Assembly (NCBI RefSeq): GCF_009834535.1
Contig: NC_045697.1
Coordinates: 58,468,001 to 58,532,000, forward strand
DNA length: 64,000 nt
Reading direction: 5' to 3'
Source: Camelus ferus
Taxonomy: Eukaryota
The translations under genes were made by a program, and so were the position numbers. Below the pieces are notes generated by a model, which was not told where the DNA came from, made no database searches, and was given only the letters and a program-made list of their open reading frames with translations. Within the stretch, counting starts at the first letter, position 1; every line of letters starts with the position of its first letter. Of the stretch, positions 13,431-26,429 are shown piece after piece.

Positions 13431-14210
13431 ATGTGAACATAACTATAAAGACCATATTTTTAACAGAGTTAAATGTATCAGATGAGAAAATCAATCTTGA
13501 GTTTTAAAAAACACGAAGTGTTCGGTTGCTAAAATTAACTTTGAAAATGAAGTATTTTAGGTCCTTGTAGATATAGAAAAATCACAAAAATAGACCATAT
13601 AAAAATGTAAATATAATATAAATAAAAAATATAAAAAATATTGCTTTCTAATCATCAAAATCATAGGTTTTATAAAAGATGCTTTTAAAGAAAGGAAGTA
13701 CAGAGTCCTTTACTAAGCACTCCCACCATTAATTAAAAAAAATTTTTTTTTATTGTGAAATGTATAGATATTTATATACAACCTAGTTTTTAATAAAATA
13801 CAAAATATACATTTCCTATACCATGCGGTATATGTACATATATATATATATACATACACACACATATATCCTATGCCTCCTTAATATCTTAAAAAAGCTA
13901 TTTCTTAATATACAAATTCCATGTGTTACTAATAAAAATATTAAAGACTATAAGGTCAAGTCTGCAAGAACATAATTTTCATGTATTGTCCAAATCAGAA
14001 AATACTTTGATTCTGTTTTTGCTGTTAAACACATTCACCAACTTTCATGCTTGCATTTTATGTCTGTTTGTTTTTACATTATAAAAATAAAATCAATGAA
14101 CTAATGTTATTTATTTCTTAGAGACAAACACATCAATAATGAGTTATGTTATGAATGCTTTGCTATCATAGAATATGCCATTTACTCTTGAATAGAGAAT
14201 CCTAGCTTAC

Positions 14211-14379
14211 CTTCTTTTGTAGAACACAATGGAAAATGAATATAAACATTCCCTGTAGAGAATTGAAAATGGTGAAGAGATACGCCATGATGACTGTGCT
14301 TTCATTAATATACATGAGTCCAAAGGCCCAGGTCAATCCTAACAGGCAGAGAAGAGCTATTGCACCTATAACCCATGAC
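14211..14379 (-). CDS. ADGRL3: ADGRL3 exon, 169 nt, TM6-ECL3-TM7: (K)[56 protein letters not shown]
   Basis: Acceptor ttctctctgcag|GTCA, donor AAG|gtaagc, phase 2/0. Motifs LLGLTW and NSLQG. The ORF track shows only its antisense frame. Confidence 0.98.
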
Positions 14380-16929
14380 CTGCAGAGAGAAGAGAAAGTT
14401 AAGGGTTATCAAATAATTCATCTTTAATTAACACAGTCATATCTTATCAACAGTACTGACACTGAAAAAAATGTTACAGTAAGTTTTACTGACAGAAAAT
14501 GTAACACAGGTGGTTTAAGTACTTGAAGATTTTAATGGGAACTTACAAGTGTTCAAGCTTGAGGAGATATATATGAATGAAAATGATACGAACACAGAAA
14601 TTCATTTAAGCAAAAGCAGATTTGAACTATTAAATTATTCATATATTTGCAGCACATATGCAAATGATATGGAGATGTAATTATGGTGAATGGCGAGGGA
14701 GAAAAGTCTATAAAGCGATGTTAGTCTCCACTGGTCTCATTGGTATGGTAACATTTGTTTGATTGGATTCTTTTCATTACTGCTTCATCTGATACACTTT
14801 TACCCCATTTTCCCAAATTTCCTCTTTTCCATAAAATATTTAGTGTTTACTGACGAAAACAGAAGGAACCAGTGTATTGAATACACGTATGAATTTTTAA
14901 AGTTCTATTTTTCTGATTCTGTAGTTAAGTAGAACAAGTGTGAGATACAGTGGGTGGGAAAAAAAGTTTTTTCCCCTCAAGATCACCATCTACTCTCTTT
15001 CAGCCTTTAGATTGCTGTCTTCTGAGTTATGCTGGACTAGGCTTTGGAAACCAGGCAGTTGGCAGCTTTGTTGAAAAATAGGCTCAGGGCACCTTCACGT
15101 CTCTGCAGTGTCTATAAACTCAAGGGAGAAAATGAAGCTGAGAATGGGGATGGAGAGGTATGAAAAAGGAGCCCAGAATGCAAGACAAATTCTCACTCTC
15201 ACTCCATTCCCTTAGTTTCCTCCAAGCTGCCATTCACAATAGTAATTAGTGGGTGAGACACCCATATATTTGTGGTTAAGTGTTATGTATTTACCATCAA
15301 CATAAAATGAATCTTTTCAATCGATAGAAATCTAATAATTGAAAATGGAATCTTCTCGACTCCTCTCTAAGTATATAGGAGAATAAGCCCACGCCAGCAT
15401 GGATCCTACACACTAATGAACCCACCCTTTCCTTTCCCAGCACATCTTATCTGAACAGGGTAAACTAATACTTTTTTTCCAGCAGACTAATATCCTCCAC
15501 TTAAATTGTCTAAGGAAGAAATATTTATGGGGATTGAAACTTGGCAAAATGAAGAGGGAAAAAAATCACGTATGTTTAATATAATTTGAAGCTGGGTTTA
15601 ATAAATTTTTCAGAGAAAGTTACCTCTTAAGAAAAATATGTCCTGAAGTAGTCAAATATTATTAACGTCTTGTTAAAATTAATCTCAAATATTTACTGTT
15701 TTTTTTCTACAACCATCAGTCCCTATATTTCAGATGCAAATATCCGCTAAGTTTAACATGTTTGATTTAAAACATTAATATTCTTAAGTAAAGAACGCCT
15801 AAAGGAAGCTTGCTATTGTGTGTGGCATGTTTGCTTATATGAATTAGAAAACATCTTGGATGTTACTATTTTATTCTACAAGCAGATTCAGAAATATGAG
15901 AACTTTCAAGATAATGCTCTCAGCTTCTTACAGATATTGGAAAAAGGAAAAATGGGAAGAATCACCATTAAATAAAGGCAAAATTGCTATTCAGTTTTAG
16001 AAATAAAATGATAGGATAAAATACTCAAGTCAGTTATTATTCACTAAAAAAGACATGATGGGCCCACGTTAATGATATAAAACAGCAATGAGCCCAATTC
16101 CTAAAGAAAAAAATAAGCAAGAGCATGAAGAAGTAAGTGAAATGGTATTGGAGAAAATGAAAACAAAGGACTCTTCACCAGAAGAACAAACTGAAAGTCT
16201 ATAGCAAGGTCACCCATCGGTTGCCAATCTTAAGTTTTGTTGCAGGACATGTAATTTAAAAATGTACAAAAGAAAAGAGCCCAAATATTAACATTTGTGT
16301 TTATTCTTATTAGATTAGTACAGACTTGCAGCTTTGTTTCAGAAATTTAAAAGGTACGTTCATAAACAGTTAGATCAGGAATCAAGTGACATATGTCAAA
16401 TTTGAAAGAGATAATTTTGTATATGTAAAATTTAACTTTTGAAGGTGTTTTTCTCCTTTTTGGATATTTAATGTAGAAATTCATTAATACCAATTGCAAC
16501 TGGGTAGTTGCATCCCATAAGATCATTTTGAAGCTATAGCACTAAATCACAAAATAATTTTAGATGAATGATGCCCAAACAAACAACAGTAACGAGGACA
16601 TATGCTGCACAGAGGAACACATCACAATGAAAGGAGAAAGCTACTAAAAGCGAAACAAGTCTGTACCACATGAAGTTGCTATTACTGTGGCACTGAATTC
16701 AGGTGATATCCAATTAAAAGTGGTGAAGCAGAATTTTTTTCTGGCAATACACCTGCAGCATATTTATTCTGCATAAAAGTTGTATGCCTGATCATTTTCC
16801 TGCACAGTTTGCTCTTCTGCCTCAATGTGAATGACAGAAGCTCTAATGATTTTTCAATACTGATCTGACAGCTGGTTCATGGGACCACACTGATAAATGG
16901 AATTTATCAGCCATTCAGGTCATTCTTAC

Positions 16930-16956
16930 TTGATGAAGGGTCTGTTATCCTCATAG
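16930..16956 (-). CDS. ADGRL3: ADGRL3 27-nt frame-preserving cassette microexon in ICL3: (N)YEDNRPFI(K)
   Basis: Acceptor tgcattctttag|CTAT, donor ATCAA|gtaaga, symmetric phase 2/2. Gives the latrophilin-3 peptide DNINYEDNRPFIKSWV that I recognise from the long isoform. Not in the ORF track. Confidence 0.94.
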
Positions 16957-17000
16957 CTAAAGAATGCATAGACATAAAGACAAGAACACCAACATTAGCA
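16957..17000 (-). promoter_or_regulatory. Microexon 3' splice region: branch point-like gCTAAT, U-rich tract and UGC motif
   Basis: Minus strand reads tgCTAATgttggtgttcttgtctttatgtctaTGCattctttag. Putative branch A at 16995 (-39), UGC at 16968-16966 (-12..-10). Confidence 0.7.
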
Positions 17001-17914
17001 TTTTATGACAAAGAATTTCATATGAAAAATATTCTCCTGGTCCCCAAAGGCCTCTGTTCCCCACCTCCCTAAAAAGCATCATAACCTTCACTTTATATGC
17101 AGAAGGTAAATCTTAAAATGACCATGAGAACTTAAATAACAAGGAATAAAATCAATTTTACAATACTGCAATATCCCTTATGAGACGGAAAAAAATTCCA
17201 TTTTTTCATCATGTGCTCATATTACTTGTGACTTGACAGAGACATTTATTTCTTAGAGATCACATTTCTCTAGAGAATGAGAAATCTTATGAGCAATCTG
17301 GAAAAGGCTTAGGGGCACACTTAACATGACAGATTTCATGTCACCTAAAGGTCTCCTTATTCTATAATATTAGTAGGTAAGATTACTTAATTATGGACAG
17401 TACGTTTCTAAGTAATTTTAACTTGCAGATGATTGACCTGAGTTAAAACTGAACATTATAGCCCTTTGAAAATAATCAACTTGACTACTTTAAAATTCCT
17501 TCTGACAGCGCGCTGCAAAAAAAATTTGAATATTCTTTTGTAGTAATAGGAGCAAACATACAGCACCTGTTCATTTTCAACTGTATTTACTCATTTATTT
17601 GGCATCATTTTGATAAAATAAGATCCCACTGCTAAATCAGTAAAGATAATTTGGGGAATATTTTGGGTTTTTCTGTTTTTTGGTTTTTGTTTTTTTTTTT
17701 AACCAACATTGCTGCTGCTCATTGAATTGTGATAGGACCAAAAAGGAAGAGAAAACTGTTTCCTTTTTTCTTACCTCTTGCCAGAGGCAATAGTTTCCCT
17801 TACTATGCATACACAAATAAAGCTCTTAGAAAGGCCCCAATTGTGATGCATTTTGAACAAAGAGAACTACTGATAAAAAAAATCTCACTCTCCAGAGTGA
17901 TGAAAATGTAAAGA

Positions 17915-18155
17915 AAGGAGTCAGAGTCTGCGATTTGAAGCCAGTTTGCCTGAGGTCTACATCCTAGTTCAGTCACTTACTATTTGATCTTAGGCAAAAA
18001 CTAATTAACCTGTGATTGTGTCAGTTTATACATCTGTAAAATGGTGATAATTATAATGCAAGTTTCTTGTGATAATGAAATGATGTACTTTGTATCAAGT
18101 GCTCAGAACAGTGCCTGACATACTGTATTCAGTAAGTATTACATAGTTATTATTA
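17915..18155 (+). mobile_element. MIR SINE
   Basis: ttgaagccagtttgcctg...cacttactatttgatcttaggcaa...catctgtaaaatggtgataat...agtgctcagaacagtgcctgacata. Confidence 0.82.
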
Positions 18156-18317
18156 GACAATCTTCATCCTAAAAATACAGAATTTATCAGCCACAGAATA
18201 AAATACCAGAAAATAACTGTTGAATAAATTCATTTGCGGATGTTTCAGGAGTAATATTATGCAGTAAAATAGATGTGGCAGAAACAAGTTTGTAGATGGA
18301 GCAGGAAGTGACTCTCC

Positions 18318-18508
18318 TGTCTAATATGGAGACTACTGGCAACAGGGGTTTACTTTAAATTCATTAAAATGAAATAAAGTTTAAAATTCAGTTCCTTAGT
18401 CACACTAGTTACATTATAAGTACTCAAAAGCTTCAGTAGTTGCCATACTGAACAGTGCAGTTCTAGAACATTTCTGTCTTCACAGAAAGTTCTATCGGAC
18501 TGTGTTGG
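18318..18508. mobile_element. hAT-Charlie MITE, MER3-like
   Basis: aaattcagttccttagtcacactag...ctagaacatttc...cacagaaagttctatcggac. Confidence 0.78.
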
Positions 18509-19029
18509 ACTAGCACAATCAAAGAGAGTTTTAAGCCAGAAAATGAAATTCCAAGAGATATTTAAATAATGCCATGGATGTGTGAAAAGATAGAGAAGAA
18601 CTTCAAAGAACTGATCATATTCAACATCTGTAAACTGTACCTAGAAAGAAAATCTCATCCTTATATTAACATTGGAAAGTTATAGAACATAATAACATGA
18701 TATTTATTTCACTATATGCATTGCTGTTTCATCAGTATATTCTATCTGTGATGCCAAGTTCATGACTGGAATGACTCTATTGTAATTTATATTGTTCCAT
18801 GTGAAGTAAAGAAAGTTACAGAGTTTACCATTTAGGAATACATGCAAAAATGCCCTATAAAATTGTATTAAGCTATCCAAATGTTTCAAAAAATAAAATA
18901 CAAAACTGGCACTATAATTGCTGGAGTAAAATGTTTGCCTTTAATGTGAAATACCAAAAAAGTGAAGGTGCAGTTCAGCAGTTTCTGCTGGCAATTGTGG
19001 GCATCAGCCATTTGCTCTACTCATTAATA

Positions 19030-19370
19030 AAGACTGTAATTCCAGCTTTACTTAGAGTTAGCTACAGCTATGTGTACCTAGAATTAGACATGGCTATGTG
19101 TTTAAGTAGTGTCCACTGGAATGTGAACAGAAGTGAATTATGACATTTCTGGGTCTTGCCACTTAGAGGGTCAGAACTGGGCTTTCCATGACCATTTTTT
19201 TCCCTTCCCTTTTGCTAAGGAGAAAGTGACAGTGAAGCCTTAGACCTGGAAATGAAAGCTGTTTATTGATGGAGAGCTGCTGTATAAGATTTAGACCACC
19301 TATTTCTAGACTCCCACATAAGTTTAAGCCACTATATTTTAATTTTTTATAGTGTCTTAGCCTGTGTAAT
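19030..19370 (+). mobile_element. MLT1 (ERVL-MaLR) LTR fragment
   Basis: atggctatgtg...ccactggaatgtgaacagaagtga...catttctggg...gtttaagccacta. Confidence 0.65.
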
Positions 19371-20869
19371 AATAAAGCATTTAATTAGTATCTTTTAACT
19401 GAAGAATTCCTAGTTCTTATTCAATATATAAATTCATGCTAATGACAAAGAACCATTCATTAATTTTACTTCCAGAATGACATGAATAATATACAATGGT
19501 TCAAAATTCAAAGATCACTAAAGATTACCTATAATATGTCAGTGTCTTCCATCATTTTGTCAGATATTCTATTGGCTTAGAGAATCTAGTTTTAGAATGT
19601 CTCTCCATCAAATCCAAACTAAATTGCTGATAATAGGTATAGTGACAAAGCTATATGCTATTGATTAATCTTTTTAATTTTATAAAACATATATTTCTAA
19701 AGTTGAATAACTTTCATTCTGATTTACCAACGAAAGTCCACTGAAACGAAACCTTATTCCAAGTTGTAAGACTAAAATAATTTTACTGCAGTTATTTTAA
19801 GGTTTTATGAAAACATGGACATAAAGTCTTAAGATACTCTTGGCAGATGTTAATATGAACTTACAGGCTATATTACAATTTATAAGAGACATTGAAAATG
19901 AAGTAAAATACCTTGTAAGACAATTTTTAACACACAAATAAGAAAAAAGATACTCCTTTCCTTAGCAAATATATTTTTCTTTTGTCATTTTATTTTACCA
20001 TTTTATGCTCATATCTAAAATTGAAAACTTGATTTAAATATTAGTGTCATAAAATTATCTTTACACATGATCATTAGAATCAAGATTGGAATTTTAGGGG
20101 CCTCTGCTTAGATTGATAATAATTATGCATGTTTATGTATTCTGTAACAATCCCAAAGCACTCAAAAAGGCTGTTAAAATCTAGCCCCATGGACACTTAG
20201 CTCAAAATACATCTTCAAGAGGGCAGACTTCTTAACCAAAATATTAACTTATAAATTAATACTATGATGGAAAGACATAATATAGTATATCAGTAGAGAT
20301 AGATGATAAATGGATAGAAACAATATGAATGAATCAAGTTCTTGTAGAATAGTCTTTCTCTGACTTTAAGAGTTTAAAATAAAATATTATTTTTGACACA
20401 GTTTTTGAAGGAAATATTACCTAAAATTCAAGATACAAAGAGGATTAATTCTTTAAGTAATTTAAAACCTCCCTTTCTATTTACCAGATGGTAGAGAATT
20501 TTTTAAAAAAGCAGGATGGATAAGGTTTGATGTGAAGAAAGTTGGAGTGATGGGAGCCATATCTGAAAATTTAATCATCAAGTCAAAAGATCTGGGCATT
20601 AATAAATCACAACAGGTAAAGGGAAATGAATGGCTTAGGCAGAATTGTTGATCTCACCCATTTCAAGATTAATATATTCTGGGATCCTTTGGAATTAATT
20701 GTTGGAGAATTAGCTAACTGGTGTTGGTGAGTGAACTGTATACTTAACAGTGAGAAGGAGAGTGATCATGCTGTTTATTGCAGGAATGATAAAGGTAATG
20801 TGAGTGAATTTCTCAAGATAAAAGTATTCATTTTTCATTGAAGAAAAAAGGGTAATAAATACTAATGTT

Positions 20870-21400
20870 TCTGTATGTTGACTGGGCTGTCCCTGTTGCC
20901 CAATAATGAGGCTCCCAAACTGAGGACAAAGAGGATTTAGTTACCCACATTCTAGCAACCCAAGCTAACAGACTTCACTTAGGAGTAATCTATGAGACAC
21001 TGCTTTGCCATACTATCAATCCAGGGGTCCTCAGTCTTTAAAACTGGAAGAGTAAAGACAAGGCTTTTTAGTATTGCAGTGTTTACAGAACATATAAAAC
21101 AGTGGAGAGAGGGAGAAAAGAAACACCCTTATCTATACCACTCCCTCAGCCACAAATCTTAGCAGGCAATGGAGGAAGGATGTTTTAAATGGGATATGTT
21201 ATTCAAGTTTTAAATTGGTCAGATATTTAATAACCAGAATAGCCTGACAAAGTAGCAAGATCTGTCTAAGATGGCATTAAGGTATCTTCTACCAAGTGGT
21301 TAAGGGATATTTAAGATACCATACCTAGAAGAGTAGTGATCATAGAAAAATTTAAACATTTCATGTTTATGCCTCACCATACTTATCGAAAATGCTCAAT
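20870..21400 (+). mobile_element. Possible ancient LTR (MamGypLTR-like)
   Basis: Locally GC-richer block with ttttaaatgggatatg...aagttttaaattgg. Family assignment is from memory and weak. Confidence 0.35.
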
Positions 21401-22309
21401 CAATTAGTAACACTTACGATAGAAATCCTAAAAGCTTTATATTTCATTCAAATGTATTTTATATTAGGACTATACTATCCTAGAATTATATTACTATATT
21501 CAATTCTCACCTTTTCTTCAACCACTGTAGGAAGAGTAAAAGGAAAAGCCATTTAGGGTGTAATTCAACATTTGAGTAAAATATGAAAAACGTTTCATCA
21601 TGATCATGTGTTTAAATCACTAAGTATTAAAGATATTAAAAATTCTTCAAAAATACGAAAGTCCTATAATGTAAATATTAAAATTATGAACAAAAGAGAA
21701 TATGATTCTATTTCAACTGTGAATTTTACTGCTATTAAAGTATTATTACTAAAGCTATATTTCTACACTTTGTTCATATAAAAATATTAAGAGGAAAATG
21801 AAATGAACTAAATAAATAAAATAAATGGCTTTGAATAGATCATAAACATTTTCATTCCCATGCTTCAAAGTCCTTATAATAATATTGCAGATTTGAGAGC
21901 ATACACCAATATTAAATTTTTAATCACAGATTTCATACTGATGATGAGTTGGATAATCTGAAATTAGGCAGAATTGAGTATAATAAATCAGGATCAATAA
22001 ATATTAAATCAATGACTGATAAAACTTTAATTATATTATCTCCACAACTCAGTGTTATGCAAATTTTTATAATTTAATATAGGTGAGAACTAACTTATAT
22101 ATTAAAGAAATTAAGGGTATAAATTATGAGAATGAATAATAAATTATATTGTACATAGCTACAAACTTATGACAATTTAGTATATCCATCAGATTGATGA
22201 AAATCAATTGTTAGGTTTCAAGCAAGTAAGATATAAAATTTTGGAATCTTATGTTGGTAGCAAAAAAGATCACTATATGATTACTTCTTAATATTAACGT
22301 ACATACAGT

Positions 22310-22580
22310 AGTATATCACAGCGCCTGAAAGCATGGATTTGTGAACCAGCCTGCCTGAGTCTGAATGCCAGCTGAGCTTTTATTAAGTCTGCAACCCTAG
22401 GCTAATTATTCAACCTCTCTCGGTCTCACATTGCTCATCGGCAAAATGGGGATAAATATAGAACTTTGTTCATAGGGCTGTTGTGCATATTAAATAAAAG
22501 GGTGTGGCACCTTTAATTAATACACAGAAACACTAAAATACACAAAATCTTAATATATCAAAGTACTATATAAATATTTG
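22310..22580 (+). mobile_element. MIR SINE
   Basis: ccagcctgcctgagtctgaat...aacctctctcggtctca...ctcatcggcaaaatggggata...catagggctgttgtg. Confidence 0.78.
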
Positions 22581-23999
22581 CTATTACAATCACTGTTGTA
22601 TTTTGACCTTCTGACCTCAAAAAAGGAACTGTACGGAAAACCACACAGTTTTCATTTTAAGTGTTTTGGAAATTCTTATAGTTAAGTAGAAATCCAAAGA
22701 GGAAGAGGGAGTCACTGCCTCTTTATGGCCATGATCTTTATTTAATAGTTAAGTTTAAAAAGCTTCAGTTTATCCAATGTTTCATTTTAAGATTTCTTTA
22801 GGCTTAGTAAATAAATGCTATGAATATTTACAGTCTCATTTCAAATGAAGTATATCCAGATTCCTTACAAACATTAAAATAGAGAGTTCTCTGGGTTACA
22901 TAAAAATCAAATTTAATTCATAAATATATTGCATCTTAAGTGTTGAAAAGTCCATTAAGTAACTGTAACTGTTTCACTAAACGCAATCATTTGACCAAAA
23001 AGGAAGGAATAAAAGACAAAGAATCATGTGAAATGTTTGTGAAAATTAATTGAGATATATGTTCTAAAATTGTTCATTAATATTTTTCTTACAATTTTTT
23101 GAAAAGTTGAAACCTTGAATAGGAAAGATAAAATAAATGGAAAAATATCTATCTAAAGAGAAACTTGTATTTATTTTAAAATAAATTTTATCTTGTAATC
23201 AATGAAAACTGTGACTCTAGTCAGAAATATCTCAGGATCCAAAAAATATTAGCAACAAATAGACATCTTTTATTTATTAATACTTACTAGTTAAAATCAC
23301 GTTTTCCAGCTCACTATTGAAGAGCTAACGTTTTTTAGACTAACGTGAGTCAGAATTCACTGACTTTTTTTGAAGAGAGCCGATAAAATTTGGTCATTGG
23401 AATGCAAGAAGATTAAGTACTTTAAAGAATATATATTACATACTTTCAGGGTTTCTTTTTTCAACTTAGAAAACACACAGACTTTTAAGTTAAGTAAAAT
23501 AAGTCAGGAAATTAATAACTTTTTGATATTCTTGCCAAATGTGTTTTGACAGATTGAACTGCTGTTACATTCTTTCTCATACCATATGGTATCATCACCT
23601 CTTGTTTCAACAACTTGCAACAGAAACATTCATCATACCCCTTCTGTGAATAAACACCTTATTATAAATGGCTTGTAAGAATAACTAAAACATAAAAAGA
23701 GCACAACCAAGCATTTAAGACATGTTTGTACTTACTAAAGATTCCAATAATGGAACTATAGGAGGCACTGAAATAATAGGAAGCAGACAAGTTTTATTTA
23801 CTTTTGGTCAAATAATTTAACCTTCATAAGCCTCAGTTCACTCACCTCCACAGTGAATAAAATAATCTTACTGGGATGTTTTTATATTTGAGTGGAACCA
23901 AGAAAAGAATAGTCTATGCCCCTAGCTACTTAACAGGACAGTGAGGAGGCCTAATGATCCAAGATCTCTACCACATTTCTGCTCTTAATACAGAAGCCC

Positions 24000-25130
24000 T
24001 GTAAGATGTTACTGTCCCTAATTAAATTCTAGAAATCTAAAAATGATCTTCTTAAAACTATGTCAATGAGAAAAAAAGAAATATTAAAGAAAATATAAGC
24101 ACTATAGTAAATAAATCCAATTTTGGAGATATATAAAAAGCTCCATATACTAAAATAACAATTCTTAAATCAATCACATTTTAGGCCAATGGCAGCCTCA
24201 ATAAGGTGCTAAGAATGAACATAAATCAGAATGTATTCTCTGATGATGATGACATTGAAGTAGAAATCAGTAACTAATAAAATATGCATACATACACATG
24301 AATAATTATCCATCTGTTGTTACATCTCCAAAAAAGCTTCAAGCCCCCAAATGTTCTACAAATAAGTTTTAGATAACATTCAAGTAACATAATCTTTTTC
24401 TCATATAGGTCAGATCTAAACAAAAGAGAAGTAAAGTTTTACTATAACTTACCAGGTAAGGGCAATTTAAGAGAATAAAGAAATAAATGAGAACATTTTA
24501 AGAACCTACATAAAATCCCTAAATAAGCTGTTAAATAACAAAATCTAACAGTGCATAAACTTCATGATCAATTAAGATTTGTTCCAGAATAGTAAGGAAT
24601 GTATCAGAAGAACTTCAAAAACTGATTCTGAAATTTACTTGGCAGGAAAATGAAAGTCTATGAGTAGCTAAAGTAGTTTTGAAAGTGACGATCAAAATGG
24701 GAGGACGGTACCAGATATTAAGCAAGTTTTGTTAATAATGTAGTAATGTTGTAGGAACAAAGTGAATGTCCACGGGATAGAGGAGAGAGCACAGAAACAG
24801 AGATTTGATACAGGACAGTGTAGCAGCACTAATATGGAGGAAAAGTACGAATTATTTGGCAAATGATGTTGGAAGCTTGGCTCATTACATAAGGAACCCA
24901 AAATGTAGTCCAAAGACCTCAAAAGTACACACACAGAGGAAAAAGTTAATGGTTTAAATATATATATTTCTCTGTAAGAAAGGCAAAATCAACAGCGACA
25001 TGATAGACTGGGAGAAGATACATGAAATAGCCAAAGCATTCAAATTTTATATCAGCAAGTAACAGAAAATGTACAGGAAGGCTAGTGAAAAAAAAAAAAA
25101 GGAAAAAAATTAAAACATTAAAAAAAAAAA
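24000..25130 (+). mobile_element. Highly decayed old LINE-1 (L1ME-like) ORF2 fragments
   Basis: A-rich purine strand with L1-like phrases (ctgattctgaaatttac, agtagctaaag, ccagatattaa, agactgggagaagata). Boundaries approximate. Confidence 0.55.
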
Positions 25131-26429
25131 CTAGTAAAACAAATGAGCGTAATTATTTTACTAATAGGCTTCCTGTAGGTATTAACTGAGATGTTGTGTA
25201 TTTATTGCTTTGTTACACTGCACTAATGAAAGTTATTGAATAAGAGATCTGGCAATTTTAGGAACCCTTCTACAGCTAACTGAGCAAGATATGGTCAATT
25301 CAAAGAAGGCAGAAAAGTGAGAGAATTGCAATGACAATGACTATCGCAAAGATACGTGCCATTTTTTGGACTTACATCTTGCTATATATGTAAGATATTA
25401 ATATCCAATTAGGTCAACACTTTTGTTGATAAATTATTACTTTTCATACTCATGGTTTATTTTCCTTATAATTAAACAGTATGAAATTATAACCTTAGAC
25501 TATCAATCTTGGTTCTGGGACTGAGAGAGTTTTTGTGTTAGCACATTTAAATGTCTGATTGAAAATACTACCTTCTATAGACAACATTCCAGAGTATTCT
25601 AGAATACAAACTCAAATAGCACATTTATAAAAGTGCCAGGGACTTTGATGACAGACCTTTTAAAAATACATAAGTGTATGTAGTGGAAAAATCCAACAAC
25701 TGGGACTCAGCCAAGAGAAAATTAGATTAGGAAATTTTCAAGTGTGGACTGAGCAGCTCAAGACACTTAACATTCCACTATACTGTCTGCACATTTTAAT
25801 TACAAATCCAATGATTTACTACATAGTCCTTTATTTTAAATAACTATGACCTATATGCTTTCACCACTTTTAATATAAGGTTGTATATATATAAATATAT
25901 ATATTTAATACAACAAAGTAACACTCCTGTAAAAGGCAGTCCTGGGAAACAGAATGAGAAAAGCTGAAATACAAAATAATTTTTTTTTTTTAAATGAGAG
26001 GTAGTCCCTTGGAATTAGGGGAAACTGATATATACCCAGAGCATGTCGATAAGTTTTTCAGCCCATTTGTGTAGTCCATAACCTTTGTGAATGTTTAATT
26101 TGCCAATCAGTGATCATCTATTTACTAACTTTAATCATAGAGCATTTTAGTCTCCTTTTATGAATTAGAATATAGTTAAATAGCCTGACCTGTGATTCTT
26201 AAGATTATGTATCTTAGAATTTTCTAGAATTTGGGGAGAAAATGTATGTACCTAAGGCAGACTGTAAGCAGTATTCTCATATATTTAGGGGAATTTTCCA
26301 GTTGCTACTGTGTAGGAACTCTATTGCCCAAGATGGTAAGTGACTGCAAGGAGATAGTAAGTGATGAATTTGGACCAAAAAAAAAAAAAAAAAAAAAGTT
26401 ACGAGCTTATTCCTTCCATTTATTCTAAA

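Noticed and set aside
14236..14427. Plus-strand ORF 14236..14427 (and 57683..57952, 57696..57932, 55051..55329)
   Set aside because: Antisense or alternative-frame shadows of real ADGRL3 exons, with no independent support.
17775..17802. Candidate second ICL3 microexon (strong GAG|gtaaga donor, atgcatag acceptor)
   Set aside because: 28 nt would shift the frame, the polypyrimidine tract is poor, and the peptide resembles no latrophilin insert I know. It would need junction reads to be considered.
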